64,000 nucleotides of DNA from Escherichia coli (lineage in GTDB: Bacteria > Pseudomonadota > Gammaproteobacteria > Enterobacterales > Enterobacteriaceae): the NCBI RefSeq assembly GCF_017348835.2, contig NZ_CP071375.1; one strand, 5' to 3'. Shown in pieces: positions 39,548 to 50,677 of the stretch. Position numbers and translations under genes: made by a program. The notes below the pieces were generated by a model that saw only the letters and a program-made list of their open reading frames with translations, did not search any database and was not told the origin of the DNA. Within the stretch, counting starts at the first letter, position 1; each line of letters begins with the position of its first letter.

Positions 39548-41656
39548 ATCACGCGGTGCGGGTATGACGAACAGTTCCTGCCGGAGACGGTCAGCCACCC
39601 CGGTAAACAGCAGGACCGTTACACCTGGAACGCACTGGGGTTACTGAGCAGCCATCGTCGCATCACGGGCAGTGTGCAGTCCTGGCAGTATACGCCGCGC
39701 GGGATGCTGGCGCGCCATACGGATGAAGAGAAACGGGAGACGCGCTGGCAGTACACCCCGGAAGGGCTGGTTGCCAGTCTGAGCAACGGCAACGGAGCGC
39801 TTTACCGGTTCAGTCACGATGCGGACGGACGGCTGACGGGAGAACAGCGCCCGGACGGTCTGATACGGATGTTTGTGCTGAATGCGGGCGGGTATCCGGT
39901 CATCATCCAGACGCAGGGTACAGAAGGCGGGGGGCGCAATGAACAGCAGGAGCGTGACGCGCTGGGCCGCCTGCTGCGCAGTGACACGCAGCACAGTACA
40001 CGGACCTTCAGCTACAACCGTCTTGACCAGATAACGGAAGTGACGCTCACCCCCACGGAAGAAGGGGAACGGCTGCACCACATGCAGGCGGACACGGTGC
40101 GCTTTGCGTATGACCGCAGCGGCTGGCTGACGGCAGAGCACAGCGTGCACGGCAGCATAAAATATCAGCGTGACGCGCTGGGCAATCCCACCGACATCAC
40201 GTTACCGAACGGGCAGCACCTCAGCCATCTTTACTACGGCAGCGGGCATCTGCTCCAGACGGCACTGGACGGTATCACGGTCAGTGAATATGAGCGTGAC
40301 AGTCTGCACCGTCAGGTGATGCGCACGCAGGGGAAACTGGCGACGTTCAGCGGCTACAACGCCGACAACCGGTTAAGCTGGCAGCGCAGCCTGCCAGGTG
40401 GCAGCCAGAACCCACAGCAGGCCGGTAACCCCCCGGCGCAGAAAGACAGCGTGACAGCGCGGGATTATATCTGGAACGCAGACGGTGAAGTCGGCGGCAT
40501 CAATGACAAACTGCGCGGTTGCCTGGTGTTCAGCTATGACCGCAGCGGCTGGCTGACCAGTCGCACGGGTCAGATGTACGACCATGACCATTATTATTAC
40601 GACAAAGCGGGCAATCTGCAGACGGATGAGCATCAGGGAGCGGTGCCGGATAACCGCCTGCCGGGCTACGGGCGTGACCGCTACCGCTATAACGAATGGG
40701 GCGAACTGACAGAGCGCAGGGACCAGCAACTGGAGTGGAATACGCAGGGCCAGTTAACGCGGGTCATCAGCAGCAACAGCGAGACGCGGTATCAGTATGA
40801 TGCGCTGGGCAGGCGTATCAGCAAGGCGACCAGCAATCTCCATACCGACCGGGGAGAACGAAGCCGGACAACGTTTGTGTGGGAAGGGTTCCGGCTGTTG
40901 CAGGAGACAACGTGGCAGGGAAAGCGGACATACCTGTACGACGCGGAACAGCCGTACACGCCGGTGGCGGCCATCACGGGGCGCGGAGAGAGCCAGAAAA
41001 TCTGGTATTACCACACGGACCTGACGGGCACGGTACACGAGGTAACCGCGCCGGACGGGACGCTGGTGTGGGCGGGCTACCAGGCGGGATTTGGCGAAAA
41101 CCGGGGCGACATCAGCAACAGCGGGGCGTACTTTGAGCAGCCGCTGCGACTGCCGGGGCAGTACTTTGACGAAGAAACAGGGCTGCATTACAATCTGTTC
41201 AGGTATTATGCGCCGGAGTGCGGGAGGTTCGTAAGCCAGGATCCGATAGGGTTGCTTGGTGGGCTGAACTTATATGCTTATGCGCCTAATCCGCTGTCAT
41301 GGATCGATCCGTTAGGTTTGACTCCATGTGCAAATGGGGGGAATGCTAAAAAACATGGTGGCACAGGACATAATAATTTTATTGATAATCTTATTGCGGA
41401 TGCTCGCAGTCAGGGTGCTACAAATATCAGGAAAAACCAATGGCAGGTAGATGTTAATGGAAATGTTGTTGGTAAAAATAGACCGGATGTTCAATTTGAT
41501 TTAAATGGTAAACATTATAATATTGAGGTTGATACAACAATAAAAGGCAGCGTTGGTCACCAAAATACTATACCTACACTTGATCCCAACTCAAGAAATA
41601 CATTTTGGCTAATTGATGACTTAGGGAATATTTTAAATGGCCACTCAACCATCTGA
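39548..41656 (+). pseudogene. Orphan 5'-truncated Rhs fragment with a distinct C-terminal toxin domain
   Basis: Rhs homology starts abruptly right after the upstream immunity gene; ORF track gives 39674..41656; core ends DPLGL, then a unique tip. Confidence 0.65.
39583..41319 (+). repeat. Rhs conserved core repeat, copy 2
   Basis: Near-identical to 36848-38586. Confidence 0.85.
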
Positions 41657-42221
41657 TAATAAAAAATTAGTGTTTGCTGTAGTGAACAGTGATTTTAATG
41701 ATATAGAAAGAACTATCCATAATGGATTGAACTGGCCGAGTGAACCAATAAGTAGTCGAAAACTTATTGAGGAAATACACTTGACTATTCAACGTGGTGG
41801 GGTCTTGCCGTCCGAGGGGGTTTTCTATTATCCGTGTATAAATGACAGCAAATTAATTTTTCTGTCTAATTTATCTGATGGATGGGACTCTTTACTTTAT
41901 TGCCTGTCAAAACAGAATAAATCTAGCTATCTACTGTTTAGGTTATTGATGGGGGAATACCCTCTGATGGAAATGAGTTTTATAGAGTCAGGGAAAACAA
42001 TACGTTTAATTAGAGTGATAAAAGAAAATAAATGGATTTTTTATGAGGTCGGGGAACCGTTATGGTTTGAAGAAAAGGAAAACTATTCAAAAAGAAGAAT
42101 CGCAGATAGAATTACTTATGATCTCTTACTCTCCTATTCACGGAAAAATGGCATTGACTTTGATTCCCCCGCATTTTTTAAAACGGAAAAAGAATCACTA
42201 TGGTTGAATGAAATACGATAG
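41637..42221 (+). CDS. Putative immunity protein for the second orphan toxin
   Basis: 194 aa AT-rich ORF overlapping the toxin 3' end. Confidence 0.4.
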   Translation: MATQPSDNKKLVFAVVNSDFNDIERTIHNGLNWPSEPISSRKLIEEIHLTIQRGGVLPSEGVFYYPCINDSKLIFLSNLSDGWDSLLYCLSKQNKSSYLLFRLLMGEYPLMEMSFIESGKTIRLIRVIKENKWIFYEVGEPLWFEEKENYSKRRIADRITYDLLLSYSRKNGIDFDSPAFFKTEKESLWLNEIR

Positions 42222-42232
42222 TTTATTTAAAT

Positions 42233-42271
42233 AAAAAGCCGGAAAAGAAATTAAACTTTCCCGGCTTTTTT
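42233..42271. terminator. Bidirectional hairpin terminator
   Basis: aaaaagccggaaaag...ctttcccggctttttt; homologous to the hairpin at 44613-44650. Confidence 0.5.
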
Positions 42272-42276
42272 ATTAT

Positions 42277-42465
42277 TTAACTCTCGTTCAGCACACTAAA
42301 CATCCCGTCCCGCATCCCCTTAACTGCCTGTTTAACCTGATAAAGCTCCCTGCGCAGTTCCTGTACTTCGTTGTTATCCGCAAGCAGGATCAGACATCCC
42401 TCCGAGATCTTCACGGTAACGCCCGTGCCGATCTCAAATCCCGCTTCTCTCAGCCATTTGGCGCT
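42277..42465 (-). pseudogene. SymE-like toxin gene, 5'-truncated by the adjoining Rhs fragment
   Basis: C-terminal 60 aa AKWLREAGFEIGTGVTVKISEGCLILLADNN... resemble SymE; the upstream part of the ORF is antisense Rhs sequence. Confidence 0.5.
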
Positions 42466-43907
42466 GAATGCGGGCGGGTTTCCGGTCATCATCCAGACGC
42501 AGGGCACAGAGGGCGGGGTGCGTAATGAGCGGCAGGAGCGTGATGCGCTGGGCCGCCTGCTGCGCAGTGACACGCAGCACAGTACACGGACCTTCAGCTA
42601 CAACCGTCTTGACCAGATAACGGAAGTGACGCTCACCCCCACGGAAGAAGGGGAACGGCTGCACCACATGCAGGCGGACACGGTGCGCTTTGCGTATGAC
42701 CGCAGCGGCTGGCTGACGGCAGAGCACAGCGTGCACGGCAGCATAAAATATCAGCGTGACGCGCTGGGCAATCCCACCGACATCACGTTACCGAACGGGC
42801 AGCACCTCAGCCATCTTTACTACGGCAGCGGGCATCTGCTCCAGACGGCACTGGACGGTATCACGGTCAGTGAATATGAGCGTGACAGTCTGCACCGTCA
42901 GGTGATGCGCACGCAGGGGAAACTGGCGACGTTCAGCGGCTACAACGCCGACAACCGGTTAAGCTGGCAGCGCAGCCTGCCAGGTGGCAGCCAGAACCCA
43001 CAGCAGGCCGGTAACCCCCCGGCGCAGAAAGACAGCGTGACAGCGCGGGATTATATCTGGAACGCAGACGGTGAAGTCGGCGGCATCAATGACAAACTGC
43101 GCGGTTGCCTGGTGTTCAGCTATGACCGCAGCGGCTGGCTGACCAGTCGCACGGGTCAGATGTACGACCATGACCATTATTATTACGACAAAGCGGGCAA
43201 TCTGCAGACGGATGAGCATCAGGGAGCGGTGCCGGATAACCGCCTGCCGGGCTACGGGCGTGACCGCTACCGCTATAACGAATGGGGCGAACTGACAGAG
43301 CGCAGGGACCAGCAACTGGAGTGGAATACGCAGGGCCAGTTAACGCGGGTCATCAGCAGCAACAGCGAGACGCGGTATCAGTATGATGCGCTGGGCAGGC
43401 GTATCAGCAAGGCGACCAGCAATCTCCATACCGACCGGGGAGAACGAAGCCGGACAACGTTTGTGTGGGAAGGGTTCCGGCTGTTGCAGGAGACAACGTG
43501 GCAGGGAAAGCGGACATACCTGTACGACGCGGAACAGCCGTACACGCCGGTGGCGGCCATCACGGGGCGCGGAGAGAGCCAGAAAATCTGGTATTACCAC
43601 ACGGACCTGACGGGCACGGTACACGAGGTAACCGCGCCGGACGGGACGCTGGTGTGGGCGGGCTACCAGGCGGGATTTGGTGAAAACCGGGGCGACATCA
43701 GCAACAGCGGGGCGTACTTTGAGCAGCCGCTGCGGCTGCCGGGGCAGTATTATGATGAAGATACGGGGCTGCACTATAATCTGTTCAGATATTATGCGCC
43801 GGAGTGCGGGCGGTTTATCAGTCAGGACCCGATAGGGCTGGCGGGAGGAATAAACCTATATGCTTATGCGCCTAATCCGCTAAGTTATATTGATCCTCTT
43901 GGGCTTT
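42465..43907 (+). repeat. Rhs conserved core repeat, copy 3
   Basis: Near-identical to 37146-38586 and 39880-41319. Confidence 0.85.
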
Positions 43908-44335
43908 GTAAATTAAGGGGAAGCGATGGGCGCTACAGAAGTGCACAGAATATTCAGGAAGAAATAGGCGGCCTACCCAATTTTGCAGGAAAAACTCCAG
44001 GAGAAATACGACAAACTTTGCGTAATCGAGGTTATTCGTCGGTACAAGCGTATAGTGGAGGAGAGGTCTGGACAAAAGCATTACCTGACGGAAATACTGT
44101 TGCAGTGAGGCTTGATCCGGCAAATCCTCGCTCACCTTCACATTATGCTGATGCTGTACCTCATGCTCATATTGAAACAGTTCCAACATCCAGTGTTTCT
44201 AATGGGAATTATCGCCCGCGAGACGTGACTGGCAGGCATACTGCCACTGGTGGGGTTTCTGATCGAGGAACAAATCCGAATCATAACGCTGATGTTTACA
44301 TTCCAATGTCTCCGGGACGATTCCCATATGATTAA
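42465..44335 (+). pseudogene. Orphan 5'-truncated Rhs fragment with a third distinct C-terminal toxin domain
   Basis: Rhs homology starts at gctgaatgcgggcggg (matches 37139 in copy 1); core ends DPLGL at 43907, followed by a unique tip. Confidence 0.65.
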
Positions 44336-44346
44336 TGTGAGGTTTT

Positions 44347-44610
44347 ATGAATATCCGAAATCAATATAATGAAGCCTTAAATAAATTAGAAGTTGATGTT
44401 AATGATGGTTTGAGAGATTTAATAAACATATATTGTGTGGCTATTGATTCTTTTGAAAATGATATCGTTGACTCGATTGCTTTATACGTGATTGATATGG
44501 GAAATAAAGATACTTGTCGATATCTACAAGAAGTCTTATCAGAGAATGAAGATCCTTATTTAGTAAAAGAATTTAATGCATGGATAAAAGAAATTAAGAA
44601 AAAATATTAA
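44347..44610 (+). CDS. Putative immunity protein for the third orphan toxin
   Basis: 87 aa AT-rich acidic ORF immediately after the toxin. Confidence 0.4.
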   Translation: MNIRNQYNEALNKLEVDVNDGLRDLINIYCVAIDSFENDIVDSIALYVIDMGNKDTCRYLQEVLSENEDPYLVKEFNAWIKEIKKKY

Positions 44611-44612
44611 AA

Positions 44613-44650
44613 TAAAAGCCGGGAAGGTTATAAAATCTTCCCGGCTTTTT
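44613..44650. terminator. Bidirectional hairpin terminator
   Basis: aaaagccgggaagg...cttcccggcttttt. Confidence 0.5.
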
Positions 44651-44654
44651 ATTT

Positions 44655-44939
44655 TTAATTCTCGTTCAGTACACTAAACATCCCGTCCCGCATCCCCTTA
44701 ACCGCCTGTTTAACCTGATAAAGTTCCCTGCGCAGTTCCTGTACTTCGTTGTTATCGGCAAGCAGGATCAGGCAGCCTTCCGAGATCTTCACAGTAACGC
44801 CCGTGCCGATCGAAAATTCCGCTTCTCTCAGCCATTTGGCGCTGATTTTGATCACCGGCGTGTCGCTGCTGTTGGGCAGATATCCTACGGTACAACGGCG
44901 TTGTGTTTTGGAAATGGTGACTTCTGGCGTAATATCATG
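44655..44939 (-). CDS. SymE-like toxin homolog; no canonical ATG at the 5' end of the open frame
   Basis: The open frame reads ...RRCTVGYLPNSSDTPVIKISAKWLREAEFSIGTGVTVKISEGCLILLA..., resembling K-12 SymE (LTVSY...ITLKGQWLEAAGF...GTAVDVKVMEGCIVLTA) as recalled; ORF track starts at 44855. Confidence 0.5.
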   Translation of the reverse strand, partial: HDITPEVTISKTQRRCTVGYLPNSSDTPVIKISAKWLREAEFSIGTGVTVKISEGCLILLADNNEVQELRRELYQVKQAVKGMRDGMFSVLNEN

Positions 44940-45001
44940 TTTAAGTTAGGGGCTTTCGTAGTCATACCCCGACTCTCCCCGGCCCTAAACACAACCCCCA
45001 C

Positions 45002-45781
45002 TCACCACAACCTAAACTCATCCGCATCCTGCCATGCCGGAAACTTTTCTCTATATTCCCGCAATGCCATCATCGACAGCTCCGCATCAATGCGCGTTGC
45101 CTGATGCGCGTCGGCAGTAGCGATAATCTCGCCTTGTGGATTAATCACCCGGCTGTCACCGCGATAATGGCAGCCGTTGCCATCGCTGCCGACGCGATTG
45201 CATCCCGCCACATACGCCTGATTCTCAATCGCGCGGGCCGTCAGCAATGCCTGCCAGTGCAGAGAGCGCGGAGCAGGCCAGTTGGCGACGTACAGGGCGA
45301 GGTCATAATCGTTGAGATTGCGCGACCACACAGGAAAACGTAAGTCGTAGCACACCAGCGGCAAAATACGCCAGCCGCGCCATTCCACAATCACTCGCGC
45401 ATTGCCCGCTTTATAATGCAGATGCTCATCAGCCATTCGGAACAGATGACGCTTATCATAAAAATGTACCGTGCCGCCCGGCTCAACCAGCAAAAAGCGG
45501 TTAACTGAACCAGACTCCGTTTGTAATGCAACACTGCCTGCAATCAGCGCATTGCACTGCTGCGCTTTAGCTGTCATCCAGTTCACTACGTCATCTTGCG
45601 CTAGCGACGAAGCTGCCGCTTCCATGGCAAAGCCGCTGGTAAACATCTCCGGTAGAACGATCACATCGCGCCCGGTAATACCTTCCAGTTGACGATCAAA
45701 ATGACGCAGGTTGGCAGGACCATCCATCCACACCAGTGGTTGCTGCAAAAGCGTAATCTTCAAACCAGGCACGGTGTACAA
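45002..45781 (-). CDS. yafV: Omega-amidase YafV (nitrilase superfamily)
   Basis: 259 aa C-N hydrolase family ORF; synteny with ivy. Confidence 0.8.
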   Translation of the reverse strand: MYTVPGLKITLLQQPLVWMDGPANLRHFDRQLEGITGRDVIVLPEMFTSGFAMEAAASSLAQDDVVNWMTAKAQQCNALIAGSVALQTESGSVNRFLLVEPGGTVHFYDKRHLFRMADEHLHYKAGNARVIVEWRGWRILPLVCYDLRFPVWSRNLNDYDLALYVANWPAPRSLHWQALLTARAIENQAYVAGCNRVGSDGNGCHYRGDSRVINPQGEIIATADAHQATRIDAELSMMALREYREKFPAWQDADEFRLW

Positions 45782-45925
45782 CTCCTTTATGCGAAGGGTT
45801 TTATAACTTTAACACCTTATCAGGCAGTTGCCTTAGCGCAGAATAAATTGATAACAAATGCTGATATTGGAAATATCTGATTTGCAAATTATCGTGTTAT
45901 CGCCAGGCTTTAGGAGGTTAATAAC

Positions 45926-46399
45926 ATGGGCAGGATAAGCTCGGGAGGAATGATGTTTAAGGCAATAACGACAGTCGCCGCTCTGGTCATCGCCACCAGT
46001 GCAATGGCGCAGGATGATTTAACCATTAGTAGCCTTGCAAAGGGCGAAACCACCAAAGCTGCGTTTAATCAGATGGTGCAAGGGCATAAGCTGCCTGCAT
46101 GGGTGATGAAAGGCGGTACTTATACTCCCGCACAAACCGTAACGTTGGGAGATGAGACGTATCAGGTGATGAGCGCGTGCAAACCGCATGACTGTGGCTC
46201 GCAACGTATCGCTGTGATGTGGTCCGAGAAATCTAATCAGATGACGGGGCTGTTCTCGACTATTGATGAGAAAACGTCGCAAGAGAAACTCACCTGGTTG
46301 AATGTGAACGATGCGCTTTCGATTGATGGTAAAACGGTGCTGTTCGCGGCGTTGACCGGCAGCCTGGAAAACCATCCGGATGGCTTTAATTTTAAATAA
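45926..46399 (+). CDS. ivy: Inhibitor of vertebrate lysozyme
   Basis: 157 aa with signal peptide; CKPHDC motif. Confidence 0.85.
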   Translation: MGRISSGGMMFKAITTVAALVIATSAMAQDDLTISSLAKGETTKAAFNQMVQGHKLPAWVMKGGTYTPAQTVTLGDETYQVMSACKPHDCGSQRIAVMWSEKSNQMTGLFSTIDEKTSQEKLTWLNVNDALSIDGKTVLFAALTGSLENHPDGFNFK

Positions 46400-46441
46400 T
46401 TAGCGGATAAAGAAACGGAGCCTTTCGGCTCCGTTATTCAA

Positions 46442-48886
46442 TTACGCGGCTTCAACTTTCCGCACTTTCTCCGGCAACTTTACCGGCTTCGTCGCCAGCT
46501 CTTCCGGATCAAAGTCATCAACGTTAATACTGCGCAGACGGCTTTCTTCCGCTTTCACCAAAATGGCGGCTTCATCTTTATCAATCAGCCCCTTCGCCAG
46601 CGCGTTGTGCGCCAGTTCATCCAGACGGGTAAATGGCAGATTTTTACCCAGCTCTTTACAGATCCGCTGATGAATCGGGTCGGCGGCAATCACATCCACC
46701 AACGCCTCTTCCAGTAAACCAACCGGATTATGCTCGCTCGGCGTCAGGTACTGACCGCGACCAATACGTGAGCGAGTGGCGTTCGGCACTTGTAAAATCT
46801 TCGCCACTTTATGATCCAGCTTGTCAGACGGTGCCAGATAATGACGTCCGGTCGGGAAGATCACTACATTCAGCAGCCCGGCAACCACGCGGTTCGGGAA
46901 GTTTTGCAGTAAATCGTCCATCGCCTGTTCAGCCTTATACAGCGCATCCTGTACGCCCCAGTGCACCAGCGGCAGATCGGCTTCATTACGGCCTTCGTCG
47001 TCATAACGCTTCAGAACGGCGGAGGCGAGGTAGAGCTGGCTTAAAATATCCCCCAGACGTGCCGAGATACGCTCACGACGTTTCAGGCTGCCGCCCAGCA
47101 CTGCCATCGAGACATCAGAAAGCAGGGCGAGGTTGGCGCTCAGGCGGTTAAGATGCTGATAGTAGCGTTTAGTGGCATCGCCGGTTGGCGTGCTGCTGGT
47201 TAAACCGCGCGTCAGGCCCAGCCAGAAGCTGCGAACTTTGTTGCTACCGACGTGACCGATATGTTTGAACAACAGTTTATCGAACGCGTTAACGTCATTG
47301 TTCTTCGCTGCTTCCATCTCTTCCAGCACGTACGGATGGCAACGAATCGCCCCCTGGCCGAAGATCATCATGCTGCGGGTCAGAATGTTAGCCCCTTCAA
47401 CGGTGATGGCAATCGGTGCGCCCTGGTAAGCACGCGCCAGGAAGTTGCTTTGCCCGAGCATAATGCCTTTGCCACCAGTGATATCCATCGCATCAATAAT
47501 CGACTGCTGCCCGCGGTGGGTACAGTGATACTTAACGATAGCCGACAGCACGGCAGGTTTTTCGCCGAGCATAATGCCGTAGGTAATCAGCGATGCCGCA
47601 GCATCCATTACATAAGCGTTCCCGGCAATACGCGCCAGCGGCTCTTCAATCCCTTCCATCTTACCAATAGAAATTTTGAACTGACGACGAATGTGCGCAT
47701 ACGCACCCGTTGCCAGCGCTACTGATTTCACGCCGCCGGTTGAGTTGGAAGGCAAGGTGATGCCGCGGCCTACCGAGAGGCACTCCACCAGCATCCGCCA
47801 GCCTTGCCCGGCCATTTTTGGTCCGCCGATGATGTAATCGATCGGTACGAAGACATCTTTACCGCGCGTCGGTCCGTTCTGGAAAGGTACGTTAAGCGGG
47901 AAGTGGCGACGACCAATTTCCACGCCCGGCGTGGTGGTCGGGATCAGCGCACAGGTAATACCTAAATCTTCTGCGCCACCCAGCAGCTTTTCCGGGTCGG
48001 AGAGTTTAAACGCCAGCCCAAGCACAGTCGCAATCGGTGCCAGCGTAATGTAGCGTTTGTTCCAGGTCAGACGCATCCCCAGCACCTGCTGGCCCTGCCA
48101 TTCGCCCATGCAGACAATCCCGGTGTCCGGAATCGCGCCCGCATCGGAACCCGCTTCCGGGCTGGTTAGTGCAAAGCAAGGGATTTCCTGACCACGCGCC
48201 AGACGCGGCAGATAGTGATCTTTCTGCTCGTCAGTGCCGTAATGTTGCAGCAGCTCGCCCGGGCCTAATGAGTTCGGCACGCCGACGGTAATCGCCAGGA
48301 TCCCGCTCACGCCGGAGAGTTTTTGCAGCACGCGAGACTGGGCATAAGCCGAGAACTCCAGCCCGCCGTACTCTTTTTTGATGATCATCGCGAAGAAACG
48401 ATGCTCTTTAAGGTACGCCCACAACTCCGGCGGCAGATCCGCCAGTTCATGGGTGATCTGGAAATCATTCGCCATCCGGCAGGCTTCTTCTACCGGGCCG
48501 TCGAGAAACGCTTGCTCTTCAGCCGTCAGGCGCGGCTGCGGATAGTTATGCAGCTTTTTCCAGTCCGGCTTGCCCTGGAACAAGTCGCCCTCCCACCAGG
48601 TGGTGCCCGCATCAATCGCTTCTTTCTCAGTGCGCGACATCGGCGGCATCACCTTACGGAAACCACGAAATACCGGCGCGGAAATCATCGACTTACGCAT
48701 AGGCGCAAAGTTAAATGGCACGAGGATAATGGCCAGAGGCACCAGTACCCACGCCGACCACAGACCAGCAACGCCGAGGGCGGCTGTCCAGGCGAGCAAA
48801 ATCAGACTGCTGATAAATAAGCTCACGCGGTGATAGAACAACGCGCCGAGCAGGACAACCGTAGCGAGAATACTCAAAATCATCAT
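46442..48886 (-). CDS. fadE: Acyl-CoA dehydrogenase FadE
   Basis: ORF 46442..48964; likely start [11 protein letters not shown] at 48886 gives 814 aa. Confidence 0.9.
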   Translation of the reverse strand: MMILSILATVVLLGALFYHRVSLFISSLILLAWTAALGVAGLWSAWVLVPLAIILVPFNFAPMRKSMISAPVFRGFRKVMPPMSRTEKEAIDAGTTWWEGDLFQGKPDWKKLHNYPQPRLTAEEQAFLDGPVEEACRMANDFQITHELADLPPELWAYLKEHRFFAMIIKKEYGGLEFSAYAQSRVLQKLSGVSGILAITVGVPNSLGPGELLQHYGTDEQKDHYLPRLARGQEIPCFALTSPEAGSDAGAIPDTGIVCMGEWQGQQVLGMRLTWNKRYITLAPIATVLGLAFKLSDPEKLLGGAEDLGITCALIPTTTPGVEIGRRHFPLNVPFQNGPTRGKDVFVPIDYIIGGPKMAGQGWRMLVECLSVGRGITLPSNSTGGVKSVALATGAYAHIRRQFKISIGKMEGIEEPLARIAGNAYVMDAAASLITYGIMLGEKPAVLSAIVKYHCTHRGQQSIIDAMDITGGKGIMLGQSNFLARAYQGAPIAITVEGANILTRSMMIFGQGAIRCHPYVLEEMEAAKNNDVNAFDKLLFKHIGHVGSNKVRSFWLGLTRGLTSSTPTGDATKRYYQHLNRLSANLALLSDVSMAVLGGSLKRRERISARLGDILSQLYLASAVLKRYDDEGRNEADLPLVHWGVQDALYKAEQAMDDLLQNFPNRVVAGLLNVVIFPTGRHYLAPSDKLDHKVAKILQVPNATRSRIGRGQYLTPSEHNPVGLLEEALVDVIAADPIHQRICKELGKNLPFTRLDELAHNALAKGLIDKDEAAILVKAEESRLRSINVDDFDPEELATKPVKLPEKVRKVEAA

Positions 48887-49125
48887 AACGAAAAGCCCCT
48901 TACTTGTAGGAGGTCTGACCACTTGTGATGATATGGTTGTAGTGGATGTAAAAACATTTAGCAATGTGTTTACAATATAATTACAACAAAGCTCACATTG
49001 TTGCTGTTTTTATCCGCACTTCAGGTCAAAAAGTCCTGGTCATAGCACCTGCCCGTACTTCTCGCTTTTGGCGGTATCCGGTACACTGCATTTTGTCTAT
49101 TACATTTATGCTGAAGGATATCCTC

Positions 49126-49704
49126 ATGTACCAGGATCTTATTCGTAACGAACTGAACGAAGCGGCGGAAACGCTGGCTAACTTTTTAAAAGATGACGCC
49201 AATATTCACGCCATTCAGCGCGCGGCGGTCCTGTTAGCAGATAGCTTTAAAGCCGGTGGCAAAGTGCTTTCCTGCGGCAACGGCGGCTCCCATTGCGACG
49301 CCATGCACTTTGCCGAAGAACTGACAGGTCGCTACCGTGAAAACCGTCCGGGCTACCCGGCGATTGCCATTTCTGACGTTAGTCATATTTCCTGCGTCGG
49401 TAATGATTTCGGTTTCAATGATATTTTCTCCCGCTATGTTGAAGCGGTAGGTCGCGAAGGCGATGTACTGCTGGGGATCTCCACCTCCGGTAACTCTGCA
49501 AACGTGATCAAAGCGATCGCAGCGGCGCGTGAGAAGGGGATGAAAGTGATCACCCTGACCGGTAAAGACGGCGGCAAAATGGCTGGTACGGCGGATATCG
49601 AAATTCGCGTTCCGCACTTTGGTTATGCCGACCGCATTCAGGAGATTCACATTAAAGTAATCCATATCCTGATCCAGTTAATTGAAAAAGAGATGGTTAA
49701 GTAA
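49126..49704 (+). CDS. gmhA: Sedoheptulose 7-phosphate isomerase
   Basis: Start [13 protein letters not shown] at 49126 inside the longer ORF; SIS domain. Confidence 0.9.
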
Positions 49705-49708
49705 GTCT

Positions 49709-49850
<142 letters not shown>

Positions 49851-49909
49851 AAATTCTTAAATCAATCTTCGCCGGGGGCCATGCGCTCCCGCTGTTGTGG
49901 AGGTTACCC

Positions 49910-50677
49910 ATGTGCGAATTGCTCGGGATGAGCGCCAACGTCCCTACCGATATCTGCTTTAGTTTCACCGGTCTGGTGCAGCGTGGTGGTGGAACCGGGC
50001 CACATAAAGATGGCTGGGGCATTACCTTTTACGAAGGTAAAGGCTGTCGCACATTTAAAGATCCACAACCCAGCTTTAATTCCCCCATCGCCAAACTTGT
50101 CCAGGACTACCCGATAAAATCCTGTTCGGTGGTGGCTCATATTCGCCAGGCTAATCGGGGCGAGGTGGCGCTGGAAAATACTCACCCATTTACCCGCGAG
50201 TTATGGGGGCGTAACTGGACTTATGCCCATAACGGACAACTGACGGGCTACAAATCACTGGAAACCGGCAACTTCCGCCCGGTAGGCGAAACCGACAGCG
50301 AAAAAGCCTTCTGCTGGCTCCTGCATAAATTAACGCAGCGTTACCCGCGCACACCGGGCAACATGGCGGCGGTATTTAAATATATCGCCTCACTGGCGGA
50401 TGAACTGCGGCAGAAGGGCGTTTTCAACATGCTGCTTTCTGACGGGCGCTATGTAATGGCGTATTGCTCGACTAATTTACACTGGATCACCCGCCGCGCG
50501 CCGTTTGGCGTGGCAACGTTGCTGGATCAGGATGTGGAAATCGACTTCAGCTCGCAGACCACACCGAATGATGTGGTCACGGTGATTGCAACACAGCCGC
50601 TGACGGGCAATGAAACCTGGCAAAAGATTATGCCAGGCGAATGGCGCTTATTTTGCCTCGGGGAGCGTGTAGTTTGA
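49910..50677 (+). CDS. yafJ: Class II glutamine amidotransferase YafJ
   Basis: Start [12 protein letters not shown] with Cys2 nucleophile. Confidence 0.8.
   Translation: MCELLGMSANVPTDICFSFTGLVQRGGGTGPHKDGWGITFYEGKGCRTFKDPQPSFNSPIAKLVQDYPIKSCSVVAHIRQANRGEVALENTHPFTRELWGRNWTYAHNGQLTGYKSLETGNFRPVGETDSEKAFCWLLHKLTQRYPRTPGNMAAVFKYIASLADELRQKGVFNMLLSDGRYVMAYCSTNLHWITRRAPFGVATLLDQDVEIDFSSQTTPNDVVTVIATQPLTGNETWQKIMPGEWRLFCLGERVV

Larger units (their letters stand above)
28257..45001. other. Island between aspV and yafV: T6SS remnant plus VgrG/Rhs polymorphic-toxin array. No integrase and no tRNA-derived direct repeat seen.
   Basis: Inserted between two genes of the conserved backbone; T6SS, Rhs and toxin/immunity content; strong GC alternation between Rhs cores and AT-rich tips. 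Confidence 0.65.

Noticed and set aside
28257-45001. Searched the island for an integrase, a tRNA-derived direct repeat, or a CRISPR array
   Set aside because: No tyrosine-recombinase-like ORF, no copy of the aspV 3' end at the yafV-side boundary, and no regularly spaced short repeats anywhere in the window
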